Below, one piece after another: positions 25,793-39,200 of a stretch of DNA of 64,000 nucleotides. This stretch comes from Protoeuglena noctilucae. Lineage: Eukaryota. The notes below the pieces were generated by a model. That model was not told the DNA's origin and made no database searches. It saw only the letters and a list, made by a program, of their open reading frames with translations. A program made the translations under genes and the position numbers. The first letter of the stretch is position 1, and each line of letters begins with the position of its first letter. The stretch covers positions 1,116,001 to 1,180,000 of the forward strand of contig OY253674.1 in NCBI GenBank assembly GCA_958009085.1, written 5' to 3'.

Positions 25793-28700
25793 ATGTCAAA
25801 AACGTACCCGGGGGTCCGGACAAGGAACGGGGGCGCGACGTGGATGGGGCACCTTCAATGGACGGAGGATGGCAAGCAAAAAAATGTTAACACCCCCGCG
25901 TACCCAACGGAGGAGGCTGCCGCCCGTGCGCAAGACAAGTGAGCTGCTGAGCTGCCGATGATGCGAAGTCAGGAGGACTTGGAGTGGTTTACACCAATTC
26001 TTCGCGCTCGCCCCCAGGCTGCTGTACAAGCTGCACCAGGAGGGCTACGAGGACAAGGTCAACCACTTTCGGTTTGCCTTCGACCTCACCGATGCGGAAA
26101 AGAAATGGCTGGAGACGCTGACGCTAGAGCAGCTTCGAAACCACCTCAAGGTGCGTGACACAATTGGGCATGCCATGTGCCGAGTAGTCTCTGGCAATCA
26201 TGGTGTGCGTGCAGACCCCTATTCGCAGACAAGCGTGAAGGCAAAGAGGTCCGAGGGGAGGACGTCGCAGTTTCGTGGCGTGAGTTTTGAGAAACAAATG
26301 GGGAAGTACCGCGGTCAGATACGCTCCTGCCCCTGCAACTGCACTGCGCACCTCCTGGGTTTCTTCGAGGACGAGGACGAGGCCGCGTTGGTCTACGACC
26401 GCGCCGCCATCTACATCCACGGCAGGTGCGTGCGCCTTCAACCGCACAGCTGTGCAGCGCAGAGGCGACCCCGTGCGAGCCCCGCTGCTTGCCATTCTAT
26501 CCGCAGCAAGGCTCAGACCAACTTCTGGTACGACACGACTGGAAACGGTGTGCCGGACCTGGGGCCAGGCACGGCCAGCCAGCCCGTCCCCTGCCGCTCC
26601 CTTCCAAAGGACGTCATGGCCCTGGCCCTGCTCAAGCCCCCCCGGCGGGTGAGTCATAAGACGTCACTGTTGAATATGCTATGAATACGATGACTACCAT
26701 GCTGGTATGCGTGCTAACACATTCCACGCCACTGCAGGTCAGCATTGAGGAGATTCGCCGTGCGCCGTTCCCGAAGTTCAAGCCTGGCGGCGGGGCTCGC
26801 AAGGCCAAGGTGACATGGATATGGACGTTGTTGTTCACTTGACTTGAGTTGGTTTGGATCACACTCGGTGCAGCTGCTGCAATGACCCTAAATCTTTGTT
26901 CTCCGTCATCACAGGCGCAAAGGCCCCGTGGGGGGAGGGGTGGAGCGGGGCGTGCCACGCCCGCCCGTCGCAAGCGAGAGGACTCAAGCGCATCGGAGCG
27001 CAGCGACAGTGACGAGGACAGCGAGGGCGAGACCGGCCAGGCGGGCGGGAGTGGCGAGGGGGACGGAGGCCAGGGGCGTGGCAGTGCGAAGCCGAGAGTG
27101 ACCAGGGCGAGGGGGAGGGCGGCGGGGGCTGCGAACAGTGACGCGGGCGAGGGAGGGGCCCAGATCAACGACAGCACCCCGCGGTGGGCCATGGCCACAG
27201 AGACGTGCGTGCACTGCCACCAGAGGGACTACCGGCCAGTGGAGGAAGGTGAGATGGGGCTGACAAGGTTAGGATGCATGGAATGCTATGCTTAGTATCG
27301 TTTAGATGCTGCGTGGATGAGGGCTGTTTTGGGAGCGGGACCTGGTTGTGTCGAACGTGCTTTGACCCTTCGTGCAACATGCAGGGTTCGGCCCCCGCAC
27401 CCTCATGACCTGCAGCCAGTGCTGCATCGGCGCGGCGCACGTGGGGTGCGAGGAGGCGGCCAAGGTAAGCATAGCATCTCAAGAGCCAGCATTTGGAGCA
27501 ATGTTTGTCTAATTGTGTGCATGCGTGTGCCCATCTATGTAGCTCGATACCTCAGCCAGCTCAGAGGTCAAACCCCTAAGCCTGACAAACCATCCCCACA
27601 AAGCCCTTCATATGCTTTCATCGCTTCTCACCAGGGCATGGAGCTCGACGTGGAGGAGGTGCTGGGGGATGCAGACTGGTACCGCAGCACGCAGTGTGAG
27701 GTCATCGCGACCTTCCTGGGGGATGCAGCGGGGGTGGCACAGGCGGTGGGGGAGGGGACGGCATTTACGGTGGAGATGGTGCAGGTGGGGGAAGGGGATG
27801 TGGCTATGATGATGGGTGCAGGGGTGGCGTGGCGTATTGATGGGACTAGAGAGTGTCGGTTGTTGTTGTTGCGGAGCATCACAGAAAATGATTACCGCTG
27901 TCTCTGTCCGCAGCACGATCCCGAGGACCGCGAGTCGAAACGTGCTGTGAGCGCGGCCCTGGCGGTGTTCCGGTGAGCCCAGGCCATCGTGCTGCGCCAT
28001 TTGCAGTCCGCTCGCCTGGCTTTACCGATGGCATGTGTGCATCTAGACAGCGAGGCACACAGCAGCATCTACGGCCTGCCTGCCGTGTGTTGCTGCAGCA
28101 TTGCGACCTGCCACACGCCACACATGACCGCGCGCACACTAGTAATAGTAATGGTACAACCACTAACATTGCTGCATCCCTTGCACAGGGAGGCCTTCGA
28201 GCCTCTCCTTCTCGAGGACGGCTCTGATCTGCTGGAGCTCGTCAGCCAGGCGGACGACGGCGGGGACGACGGCACGGACTACAGCGGTTTCAGGCATGGC
28301 ACTGGCAGGGGGTCTGGCAGTTGCAACGGTGTGATGATTGTTTCTGTAGAATGCGTGACTGACCCGCGTATCTGTCGTGGACGGAAGAGGAGCACCATGA
28401 GTTGACTTCTTGTGTTAATTCGTCTGCAGGCTCGTGCTGCTGCGTGCCCGGCAGAGTGGCCCTGGGGGTGGCAAGGGCCCGGTGGTGTGCGCGGCGACGC
28501 TCAGGATCAACGGCGGGCGCTTCGCTGAGATGCCATTCGTGGCCACCAATGCGAGAGGTCATAGACAAGCTGGATGGCTCTGGCATGGTACGAATGGAGC
28601 TTAGGGCAGATGGGTGGCATTCCCTGTTAGCCATGGCTCACATGGCACTTGCATCACACCACGTCGGCGCATGACGCGCATGACCAACCTGACCCATCTC

Positions 28701-31700
28701 TGTGTCTATCCCTTTTCTTATCCATCCTCAGGAGGCCTGGCGTCGCCGTGGCTGCTGCCGCCTGCTGCTGGGCTGGGTGGAGGGCATGCTGAGGCAGCTA
28801 GAGGTTCGATTCCTGGTGGTGCCCGTGGCCAAGGAGGTCTACGGCGTGTGGTCCAAGTGAGTATGCAAGGGGGGGGGCACGAGGCGAGATGATGGTAGAG
28901 CATTGAATGATTGAATGACCTTCCTCAATCACAACGTTGTCATGCATAGTACGTACTATTGTCCCATTGCTTGCACTCCCAGGAAGTTCGGCTTCTCTCG
29001 GGTCACCAAGGCGGAAAGCCGGGGGCTGTCGGGTCACATCGTGGAGCCAGACCCGGACAGGTGAGGGGAGAGGCATGAGAGGGAGCTGACGCGCGCACCA
29101 CTCACAAAGCTATGAGTGAGCCATGAGTGGATGGGGTGCGGCCAGTGTCATGCATGCTCCCCCTGGGTTGTTGCCACACAACCCCGCCTCTGGTCTCTCT
29201 CTCCACAGCGCTGTGTTGATGAAGAAGCGTGTGTTTGTGACGGAGGCGGAGAGAGAGCAGGAGCGACTGGCCAAGGAGACAAGAGCGAAGAAGGTGGCAG
29301 AGAGAGCTGCGGCAAAGAGGGCGGCTGCGGCCGAGGCTGAGGTGGCGGGTGCAGGGCAGGCTGCGGTGGTGGCCATGGGTGGTGGTGAGGGCGGCGTGGA
29401 GGGGCCGGGCCAGCGACTGGTTGCGGAGGAGAGTGGTAGGGAGGCTGTGGCGGCTGGGGTGGAGATGCAAGGGGCGGACGGGGACGTGGCGATGGCGGAG
29501 GGTAGAGCACGTGGCGTGGCGGAGAGAGAGGTGCGTGGGCGGGTACCGGCGTAGAGCTGACTTTGCTGGCACATGGCATGTGTAAATGTGCTTTCGATGC
29601 CACAGCTTTGCAGGAGGATGCGGGCGCTGTGACCGACACCCCCGCTGCGCTGGACGGGGCTGGTCGTGAGTTGGAGGCAGCCGTGAACGCTACTATGGAT
29701 GTCGATGGTGAAGAAGAAACAGTCACTGTTCACAAGCAGCCGACGGGCACCGCAGGTGAGGTCACGAGCAGTCTCATCTTAGGAGCAACGGAGAACTCAA
29801 TAACAACAAACATCTTTGTTCTCTTTCCTTCGCAGCCATGCAAACGGGCACCAGCACCCCCACCGGCCCTGCCGCAGCCACCCCCTCGCCACTGCAAGCG
29901 ACCCCCGCCACCGCACCTGCAACCACACCTGCGCCAGCACCCGCACCTGCCTCCCAGCCTGCGCCCGTCCCTCTGACCCGCCAGGCGCTGCTTCACGGCC
30001 TGGTGACCCTGGCTCGCACGGACAGGCACCCGCTGGATGTGGAATTCGCCCCACCAACGCCCGACCAGGCAGCGAGGGGTCTCTTCACGCGATGGGTGAG
30101 TGAGCAGGCCGGTAGATGATGGATGGAGACCAGAGAGGGGCAATGAAAGGGAACTAGTTACTAGTGAAGAAGTGATCGTCGTCTCATATCTACCTTTGCC
30201 AGTCGCCCACCCCCCCGCAGCGCCCTCCCACCGTGGCAGCCGTCGCCGCCATCCTAAACGGCGTGCTGTCCATCTACACTGAGCCAGCCGCGGCTGCTGA
30301 CACTGGGGAGGTGGATCTGCGAGCAACGATCACTGACGAGGCCATCCATGCCCTCCTGCATGTCGTGTTCCAGTGAGTAGTGCTGTGAAACGTGCTGTGA
30401 CGACCCACCTCGTGCTTTGGTATGACTGGGCTGACTGGTTCGCGCGACCCACCTGCGCTCGCATCCATTCAGCCATTGCCACCCAATGTCTCCGGTGGGG
30501 GTACCAAGCAACTCTGATAGTGTGTCAATGGTATTTGTGACAATCCTTCAATCGCCAATCAACTGCACCACAGGTCGTTTGAGGGCATGCCGGCGTACCT
30601 GGGTGCCCACCTGGCGCGTGTGCTGCACGACGAGAGCTTTGAGCACTTCTGTGGGTGGACACATGCCAAGGCGAGAAGCGCAGTCGCTGAATGGGAGACG
30701 AGACGATAGTCGCGTGTATCTATGAGGTCTTGCTTATAAGCACAGTCTGCAAGTGGCATGCTTGCATGCGCAGCTGTTATGATGTGCTTAGGATGATGCG
30801 CCCTCTCTCACCTCTCGACCACTCCTTGCGAATACTAACTACCCTCCACGCAGCACCCACGGTCACTGGTGCCGCATGCCAGCAATGCCAGGCAGGGCAG
30901 TGCGGGGCAGGGCGCATTGGAATCAGTCACGGTGGTGGCAGGGACGCAGGCGGTGCTTGGCATCAAGGTGAGAGCAGGGAGATGGATTGTGGGCATTTGT
31001 TGTTTGGATAAGCTCGCCATAAACACCAGTGTGACCATCCCTGCAGCTGCCTATTGAATAGTGGTCCTCACCTTGACCTGTACTCTCACCCTGTCGCTCT
31101 TACTCGCATCCGCAGTGGCGGGCGGTGCCCACAACAGCGCATGCGGACCCCCTTGCCGTGCGTCGCATCCGGGAGATGTCTGGGAAGGGCAGCACGGTGG
31201 GCGACTTTGCCAGAGAGGACGTCGAGGACGCAATGCAGGTGACAGCACGATGATGATAGGGTCAGACCCAGGTGGCTGCAAACAGACAGAAGAGGTCATA
31301 GCACGAATGCTTTTGATAGTGACGACAGCACTGTGAGTTTGCATGCGTGGTATGCTATCACAAATACATCCCATCATCTTACCAGCGCTTGCCTGCAGCT
31401 GGCCACGTCGCAGCCGGGGATGCCGATCGATGGCACAGACGGACTGCCTGCGGAAGCCCTGAGGTGAGACGCAACCGTAAGAGCACAAAAGCACAGCACC
31501 ATGCAGTATGCAACACACACCACAGCATCACTGCAGCACTGCAGCATGCGACACCACTGCATACCTGCCTGCCTATGATGTACGACACCCACCCCTGCTG
31601 CCCCATCTCTCTTCCCACCCAGGGCCCTCGCCGGTCTCCTCGACGGCTGCGCGGTTGTGCCTGCCACAGTCGACGAGATCTGCGCCCCTGCAGTGTGGGG

Positions 31701-32579
31701 CAGGGTGCATGGCATAGTGATGGGCAGAGAGAGCATGGCGGTGACGGTGGACGCCGGCCCTCAGAGCGACTTCTCCGTTCACGGTGAGAGAAGATGAACA
31801 AGATTGTGTTTTAAAGCATGTTGATATCGGTATTGTACCTATGTACACACAGTCCAACATGCTTGGCTCCCACTCGCTCGCTCCCTCACCACCCTCCTCA
31901 CTCCCCCATCGATCGCCCCCATGCTCTCTCCATCCCCCCAGCTCTCCAGTGCGGCTTCCTCGTCATCAAAGGCCACTTCTCACCCCCCAGCACCAGCACC
32001 AACACTTCTGCCACCCAGCAAGCACCCTCGCCCTTCCATTGGGCCCGCGTCATTCCCACCCAGGCCACCATCGACCCACGCTCCGTGCAAGTCACTGCAC
32101 CAGCACGCGGGCAGACCCAGGCAAGTGGTCACTCACTGAAAGAGGTAGAAGCATCAGAGGGTCTATTGTCAGATTGACCATCTGCCCAATGCCCTGACCC
32201 ACTGTGACAGTGTCACACAGGACAGATAGGGTAGCCCCCATGCATGTTTCATCATCTAACAACACCCACCCCTCTGCCATTGCTGCAGATCCGCATCTCT
32301 GTGCGCCGCACGGGGCTCCCAGCCAACCGCACGCTGCCCAGCAAGCGCCCTGGGAGCGCCAGCACCCCCGCCACAGCATCAACCTTGGCCGAGCAACTGA
32401 AGGGCCTGGGGTTGGCTCAGGCGGGCATGTGGTGGGATTTGCTGGCTGGGGCGGGTGGCAGCATGCTGAGTGGGGATTTTGCGCGAGCCGTCGCGTCTGT
32501 GAGAGCGGAAGCGGTGAAGAAAGCGGCTGCGGGTGCGAGGGGCTGCGGGTTGGGGCGGGGGAAGGAGGGGGGACGGTGA
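25793..32579 (+). CDS. Multidomain chromatin protein: two AP2 DNA-binding domains, PHD-like finger, IDM1-type GNAT acetyltransferase, long C-terminal region
   Basis: AP2-1 KTYPGVR...YPTEEAAARAQDK. AP2-2 TSQFRGVS...LGFFEDEDEAALVYDRAAI...AQTNF. PHD CVHC...LMTCSQC...HVGC...WY. GNAT EAFEPL...DLL...DYSGF, VVCAATLRINGGRFAEMPFVAT, RRRGCCRLL...EGMLRQLEVRFLVVP...VWSKKFGF. Exons after ~29600 are less certain. Possible upstream ATG at 25703. Confidence 0.75.
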
Positions 32580-33022
32580 GAGGTGGAGGGCGGTGAGGGG
32601 GAGCGGCGAAGGGTTGAGGGCAGTGAGGGGATGGATGGGGGGTTGCAGCGGAGGACTGGCGGGGGCAGAGCTGACGAAGACAGGAGCGGGACAAGCGAGT
32701 GGTAGTATCGCTCTTGTCTCCTTGCTTCGTCGGTGGACGATACACTATCATGTAGCATGTAGCATGTGAGAGAGACGAGAGGGTGGGGTGTACGCTTGAA
32801 ACGCGTGCCGGGCAAACGGGCACACTGGGACAAACACCACTGTCTTTTAAACACGCATGCACACGCACACAGCCACAGCATGGACAGTGGCCAAAACCCC
32901 GATCCATGCATGCCAGCTCGCCACTGCACAAACACCTGCCCCATGCGCAAAAACCATCTCTCTGCCCCAACCCCTGTCACTCTAAGCGAGCACCTGCCGG
33001 GCAGCGATGTCCCACAGGTCCG

Positions 33023-34401
33023 TCACATGGCGTCGAGGGCCCTGGAAGCATCGATCTGCGTGAACACCTTCGCCACGTAGAAGTAGATGACGAGGCCGCT
33101 GCTGTCGACGATGGTCGTCATCAATGGGGCGCTCGTCACGGCGGAATTGGCACCCAGGCGACTGGCCAGCTGCGGGGGGAGAGGGGGTAGGTTTATGGTT
33201 CCCATCAAGTCACACTGCCATGGCCCCTATACACTCCCCAGGCACTCCCCAGGCACTCACGAGGGGGAGGAAGGCTCCAAGTAGGTTGGCCCACAGAGCC
33301 ACGAGGGGCAGAGACACAAAGACGGTCGCACCCACACGCGGCCCCACGCTCTCCACCACCGTACTTCCCACCAAAATGACCAGACCCAGTGCCGCGCCCA
33401 TGAACACCCCCGCCGTCGACTCCATGAGCACCACCCACCGCACGTCGCGCCAGCTTATCTGCTTCAGGGCGATCGCGCGGATGACGGTCGACACTGGGGG
33501 CGGGGCGGGGGGGGGGGGGGGGGCAGGGTTGTTTGGGCGGAGTGGCATGGGGGATTTGAGAAATGGGGCAGGGCTAGTGGCGGGGTGACAAGGGTGCGGT
33601 GCGCTATGATGATGCTACACAGCTGCACCTGCCGCGGTCACCTATCCATCCCATCACGTGAGCACTCAGCACGTGTAGTGAAAGTATCAATAGCACTGCA
33701 CACCCCGATCATGCCTCCCTCCTCTCACCAGACTGCGACCCCGAGTTGCCCGCGTGGCCGATGAGGAGGGGCATGAAGTACGAAAGCGCCACGTTGCGTT
33801 GCAAGACCTCCTCGAACTCCCCCACCACAAACGCCGCCGCCAGGAGACCTAGAAAGAAGAAGGCCAGCCACCCCATGCGGCTCCCCACGACCGATCTCAG
33901 GCTCTCCTCCTGCATTGGTGGGGAGAGGCGAAGTGAGGCCTGTTCCTGTGCGTTGGAGGGAACGACAGGGATCGACAGATGCAGAGGGAAGCCAGGACAT
34001 GAGATGGGATGAGAGCACTCCACTGCTATCCCACACTGTCACTCGCCTTGTAGTTGTCCGTCCCCACGGCTCCCCCATGGCCCGCGTCGACTTGCAACGG
34101 CGCGGGTGGGGTGGTCGCTGCTCGCTGCGGCACACGAAAGACACGCCGGAGCTGGTAAGTGCATGAATCGCATCGAGTCTCGCTTACGATTTCGCCCGTC
34201 CCTGCATGTGCGCGTATGCCTCACCGCCGCTCCCCACGCGGGAGGCCCAGCCGCCTTCTCCTGGGCCCGTGACTCCACATCCACCCCTTCGCTGCCCGGC
34301 CGTCTTCGCGATGCGACCACGCCCGGCGGTGCTTGGCTCCCGGGGACCCCTCCATTCGCGGTCGTCGGAAGCTTCACATACGTTGGGAGCTTGCTGCCCA
34401 T
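33023..34401 (-). CDS. MgtE-family magnesium transporter (membrane domain only)
   Basis: RMGWLAFFFLGLL, FEEVLQRNVALSYFMPLLIGHAGNSGSQSVSTVIRAIA, WANLLGAFLPL, SAPLMTTIVDSSGLVIYFYVA (TM5 Asp). No CBS domains seen. Confidence 0.9.
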
Positions 34402-36238
34402 GGGCGCGACGCCCGCGGCCGGGTCCCGATCCCGCTCGGCCTTGTCGGCCCACCGCAGGTCCTCGACACTGCGATAAAGGCAGCGAGGACGGTCGCCGTG
34501 CGCGTCGCGGAGCTTTCCGCGAAAGAGGCGGGCGAAAAGGACGCACGAAGCATCGAAGGGGCTATTTACTCCCACGATGCGCGCGCGGACCCGTCGACGA
34601 GCCTATCCGCTTATCGTGGGCAAATAGAAAGCCTCAAGCCGTATCTCGGCGAAGCGAGCGATCCCTTGCGCACGCAAACTGTACCTGTCAGTTGGCGGGG
34701 CTCGATCCCGCCCCGCCACCAGAGACTGCGGCGGGTCCGGCCAATTCGCGTGGTTTCCTTCGACACGTCGGAAGTCTCCGCGGCGCGATGCGCTCGCGGC
34801 GCCTCGCCGCCTCGCGGCTGCCGGGCCCGGGGGCGTGCGCTGACACCACCGCCGCGCCCCCCGCTCGCACAGGCAGCCAACGCGAGACGAAGGGCCGGAT
34901 CCGTTGACTGCAAGGGCCAAGCTCGGCGATGCAATGAGCTGCAGCGCGCTCCACCCCATCTGCATCACAGACGCGCGGGGAGGGCGAGGCGCGGTGGTTC
35001 TATCACAAGAGAGTCTGCCGCGATGCAAACGCGATTTGCATGTGAATACAAAAAAGGAACAGTCACGTTCGGGGTGCGCCGGTCGCGCCTTGGACCGCTG
35101 CGCTGACACGCCCGGGACGTGTCAGGGCAGCACCGAGGTGCCCGCGAAGCAAAACGCGAAGTAAGCCCTGCGCGTCGTTCTCTCAATCAACATGCGATGT
35201 GGCGCTGCGACCGGGGGTCCTGAGCCGCCCGATCTTTGCTAGGAAAGGGTCCTTGAGGCTCGCGAGTTTGGCGAAGCATCCAAGCGCCATGCGCGATCGC
35301 GCGATGCGCACCTCGTGCTCCGTCACGAAGAAGCTTCCGCTATGGTCGCGCTCGTGCGTGCAGGGATCCAGCTCGCTCGCTCCCAGCTCGCACACCGTTC
35401 CCTGAGTGTTTGAAACCCTGCTGGACTCAACCGGCCGGCCGCTCGGCAGGCTTGGAAAGGGTGGAACGTCTGAACACGAACACCGATCTCGCCAGCGCCT
35501 TCTGAGCGGCATTCTCGCGAACCTCGCTCCTGACACGTCGCCAGGAGCAGGTTTGCGCAGCTGACACCACCATCCAAGCGCCTGGATCTTCGCGCGCGGT
35601 GCTTCAAAGGCTCGCATGCCTCGGCATGTTGGGCGCTGTGGGGCTCTATCAACGAGGGGCGGAGGGCGGCGTGTCAAAACTTGGCCAAACCCGCGCCCTT
35701 GGTGATTGCCGGCCATAAAGAAGACACAGAGAAAAGATGAGTCTGCAAAGCAAAGGTGCGCCTGCGGGACGGCGAGGCTGCCGTCTCAGACATCTCGGGG
35801 CTGTAGAGTAAGGGGCGAGAAACGAGCGACCCCCGGGCCACGAAGTCTCTGAGAGCGCCGGGGGTCGAGAGTATGCAACTGCGCACGAAAGGCGGCGGCC
35901 TAGACCCGCGGTCACCCCGCGGCCGGGCCGCCGCGGCACCCGAACCACGACGCCCCTGCCGATGGGGGGCGAATGAACTGGGTAGGAAGACATTGCTACG
36001 AAACGATGTCATGCCATCGAAATGACGGCGCAGTCTGCACGCGGCACGCTCGCGGGCGGAACCCGTGCGGGGCAGACAACAGACACATGGGCAAGCCCAG
36101 TGGGGCCTCGCCCGCAAGCACTCACGCCGTTCCCTTGCTCCCCTTGCTCTCTTCTACCTCTCTCATGGCCAATGATAACACAAGTGGCGCGCCGTGAGCG
36201 CCCCTGGCCGGGCCGTGCCTTGCCTTGCCGCCGCCCCC

Positions 36239-39200
36239 TCAAATGACGGGGCCCGGCGGTTTCTTGCGCGCGGAGGTGGTGCCAGTGACGCCGGTCTGAC
36301 TGGGGGACCGGAGCATCGGGTGCCTGCGTGGGGTGTGACGGGCGAGGCGAGATGAGATGTAGAGAGTACATGAGGCGGGTCACAGCGACGCTCGTTGTGA
36401 CCCAGGCTTACGGTCTGCCCACCCAGGCCCTCTCGCAGCTGCCCAATTCCCCTCTCCAAGCCCCGCTGCTCTCGCCAACCCACCCCTCACCTCTCGCTCG
36501 CAAAGAAGCTCGACATGTAGGCGGCGCTGGGCCCCGTCGGCGGGGAGGAGGACACGGCTGGGGCCTCGGCCGACGCACGACGCATCTGCAGAGCACAAGA
36601 GAGAGATTAATAAGCCATGTAATGAGAGACCGACCATTGCCATGGCTGAATGTATAACTGCGGGGTATACAACTGCCTCCATGCCACCTGCCGACGCTCG
36701 CAATCACACGCCATGCATGCACACGCTCTGCACCCCACACGCCACCGCCACACCGCCCCAGCCCGGCCGCATCAGCCCCACATCACACAACAGCTGCTCC
36801 GCACCTCTCGCCGCATCCCCGGCGGTCCCATCCCGTCCGCCGACGCGCGCGCGGGCCCTCCCCCGCTCTTGCGCCCCGTCTTGGGCCAGTCCATGCTCGA
36901 TCGCGACCCCCGCCTGGGCCGTGCCTGGATCGGGAACTCCTCAGGCTCCCCCGTCTCCGAGTTGAACAACACCGGTCGGAAGTTCTTGTCCTCCTGCAGC
37001 AGCAGCATGCTGTTCTGGAAGTGCGTGGTGAGCGCGTCCTTGCCCTGGATGCGGGCGTATGACAACTGGCAGACCTTCTCTGCAGGAAACGAGGGCAGGG
37101 GAGGGGGTCGCAGGGAGCGAGGGAGACGCGCGGGGAGTCTTAAGTGGGACAGATACACAACAAAACACAACAAAGCTCCATGCAAGTGTGCCGAGCGTGG
37201 CATGACGCACCAACGACGCAACACAGACGCGCGCGCATCGACCCACGCAGGCTCGTCATCACCGCTGCCCATGACTGTGACTCGCCTGAATTGAAGTGGG
37301 CCCACTTGGAGTCGTGGAACGCTTCATACAGAGGCACGATGTCCTCCGGGGCAACGAGGTTGATGAACGCGTACCCCACGTTGCAGCCGTTCTTGAAGTC
37401 AATGGGCAGGTACAGAAAGTCGTACCGGCCCTTGACCACCTCGTCCAGCGTGTCCAGCAGCATCGCCTGGGTGTACTTGTTCGGGATGTTCTTGATCATG
37501 AGCGTCGTGCGGGGGTCCTGGCCACCGCGCACGCGCTCGATGCTGCGGGGCAGGGAAAAGGGGCAAAGCGAGTGAGTGAAGGTGAAACCATTTCGACGGT
37601 GCGAATTCTGTTACCAGAAGCTGCACTGCGATCCGGTTGCCAGCGAAACGACCAGCCGCGCCCCACAGGCGCACGGCAGCCCTCGCAAGTGCAAGTGCAG
37701 TCCGTCTCAGTCCGTCCCACCTGAGGCTGAACTTGATGTCCTGCTTGAGCTTCCTCTCCGCGTCCTCCAGCTTCTTGATGGCCTTGACGGCGGCGCTGGC
37801 AGCAGAGGCAGCCGCGTTGAGGCTCGCGCGGTGCGGCCCGGGCTGCATAAACGCCGGCAGCGAGGAGGTCGAGTCCGCGGACCCCCGGCGGCGCGAGTTG
37901 ATGTTGAGGGAGACGTTGGACTCGACGCTGCCGCGGCGGGAGGCTAAGATGTTGCTCCGCCCCTCGGAGATCCAGGGGAAGGGGTCCGGGACGCCCGCAG
38001 CCGTCAGGCTCGTCACGCCCTCCAGCGACACCCGGTCCGCGCCCTGCGGGGAGACGAAGCGAGAGATGAGAGGTGCAGTGCAGCCAATAATACCATCCCA
38101 GCCACCCTCGTTACTTGTGCGTCGACTCTTGCGTATCGCATCTGCATCGACACTCCCGACCCGCCACCCACCTCTGCCACCGTCCGGCTCCGCCTCACGC
38201 CATCCGCCGCGTCCGCCGGCGCCGCCACGCCCTCCCCGCCCATCAGCGGGGCCCCCAGCCCCTCAGCGCGCGAGGTGCGTGCGCCCGTCGCTGCCGACGA
38301 CGCCAGAAGCGACCCCCGGGGCTCGCTGAACCTCTCCTCCCCCACCCCGTTTGCGCCCCTCTCCGCCATCCCTCCCGCGCCCTCCTGCGCCTCCGCCCCC
38401 GCCCGCTCCTCGCCCCGCCCCTCGTCCCCATCTGTCTCCCCAGCCTGCAGCTGCCGCACCCGCACCAGCACCCGCTCCAGCGCCCGAGCCGCCGCCCCAC
38501 TCCCGTCCGACAGCAGTAACGCCTCGATCGCCTGCTCGTGCGCCGCCAGGGCCTCCCCGGCGTCGTCCCTGCCATCCTCCCCAGCAAACGCCTCCCCGCC
38601 CCCGGACAGCAACTGCCGCACGGCCGCCAGCACCCCGGGGGCGCCTAAGCCCCTCGCCGCCGCGCCCACGGCGCTCCCGGGAGTGGCGGTGCCGGAGCCG
38701 GGCGTCGAGGCCGGCAGGGCCGCGCGCCGGGCCACGCTGGGGCGGCTGTACTCGACCTTGATGGCGTTGCCGCCCACCACGGCGTCCGCCAGCCCTTGCA
38801 TGGCCGTCTCGGCGTCGCGGATGTCGTAATACTCCACGAAGCGCTGCTGGGGCTTGCCGGGCGCCTCGCGCACCTCCATGACCTTGCCGAACCGCGAGCA
38901 CAGGGCGAGCACCTCGTCTTTGGTGACGGACGCCGGCAGGTTGAAGAGCACCAGCACGCCCTGGTTCATGTCCCGCTCGTACGCGGAGTCCTTGGGGATG
39001 GAGAAGTGAATGTCGATCTTTCGCCTGCGCACCACCCGCCCCTGCAGGCGCTTCATGGCGGCCTTGGCGGCGCGGATGTCGTAATACGACACCATGACGA
39101 AGCCGCGATGCTTGCAGGCCGTGTACATGCTCCGGATCTTGCCGAACTGCTCGAACTGAGGGGGGGGGGGGCGGGGCAGCGGGTGCTTGGATTGTGCGCT

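Noticed and set aside
33023..34401. Bacterial-looking MgtE as recent horizontal transfer or contamination
   Set aside because: It has typical host introns, including a GC donor, and MgtE-domain proteins are known in algae.
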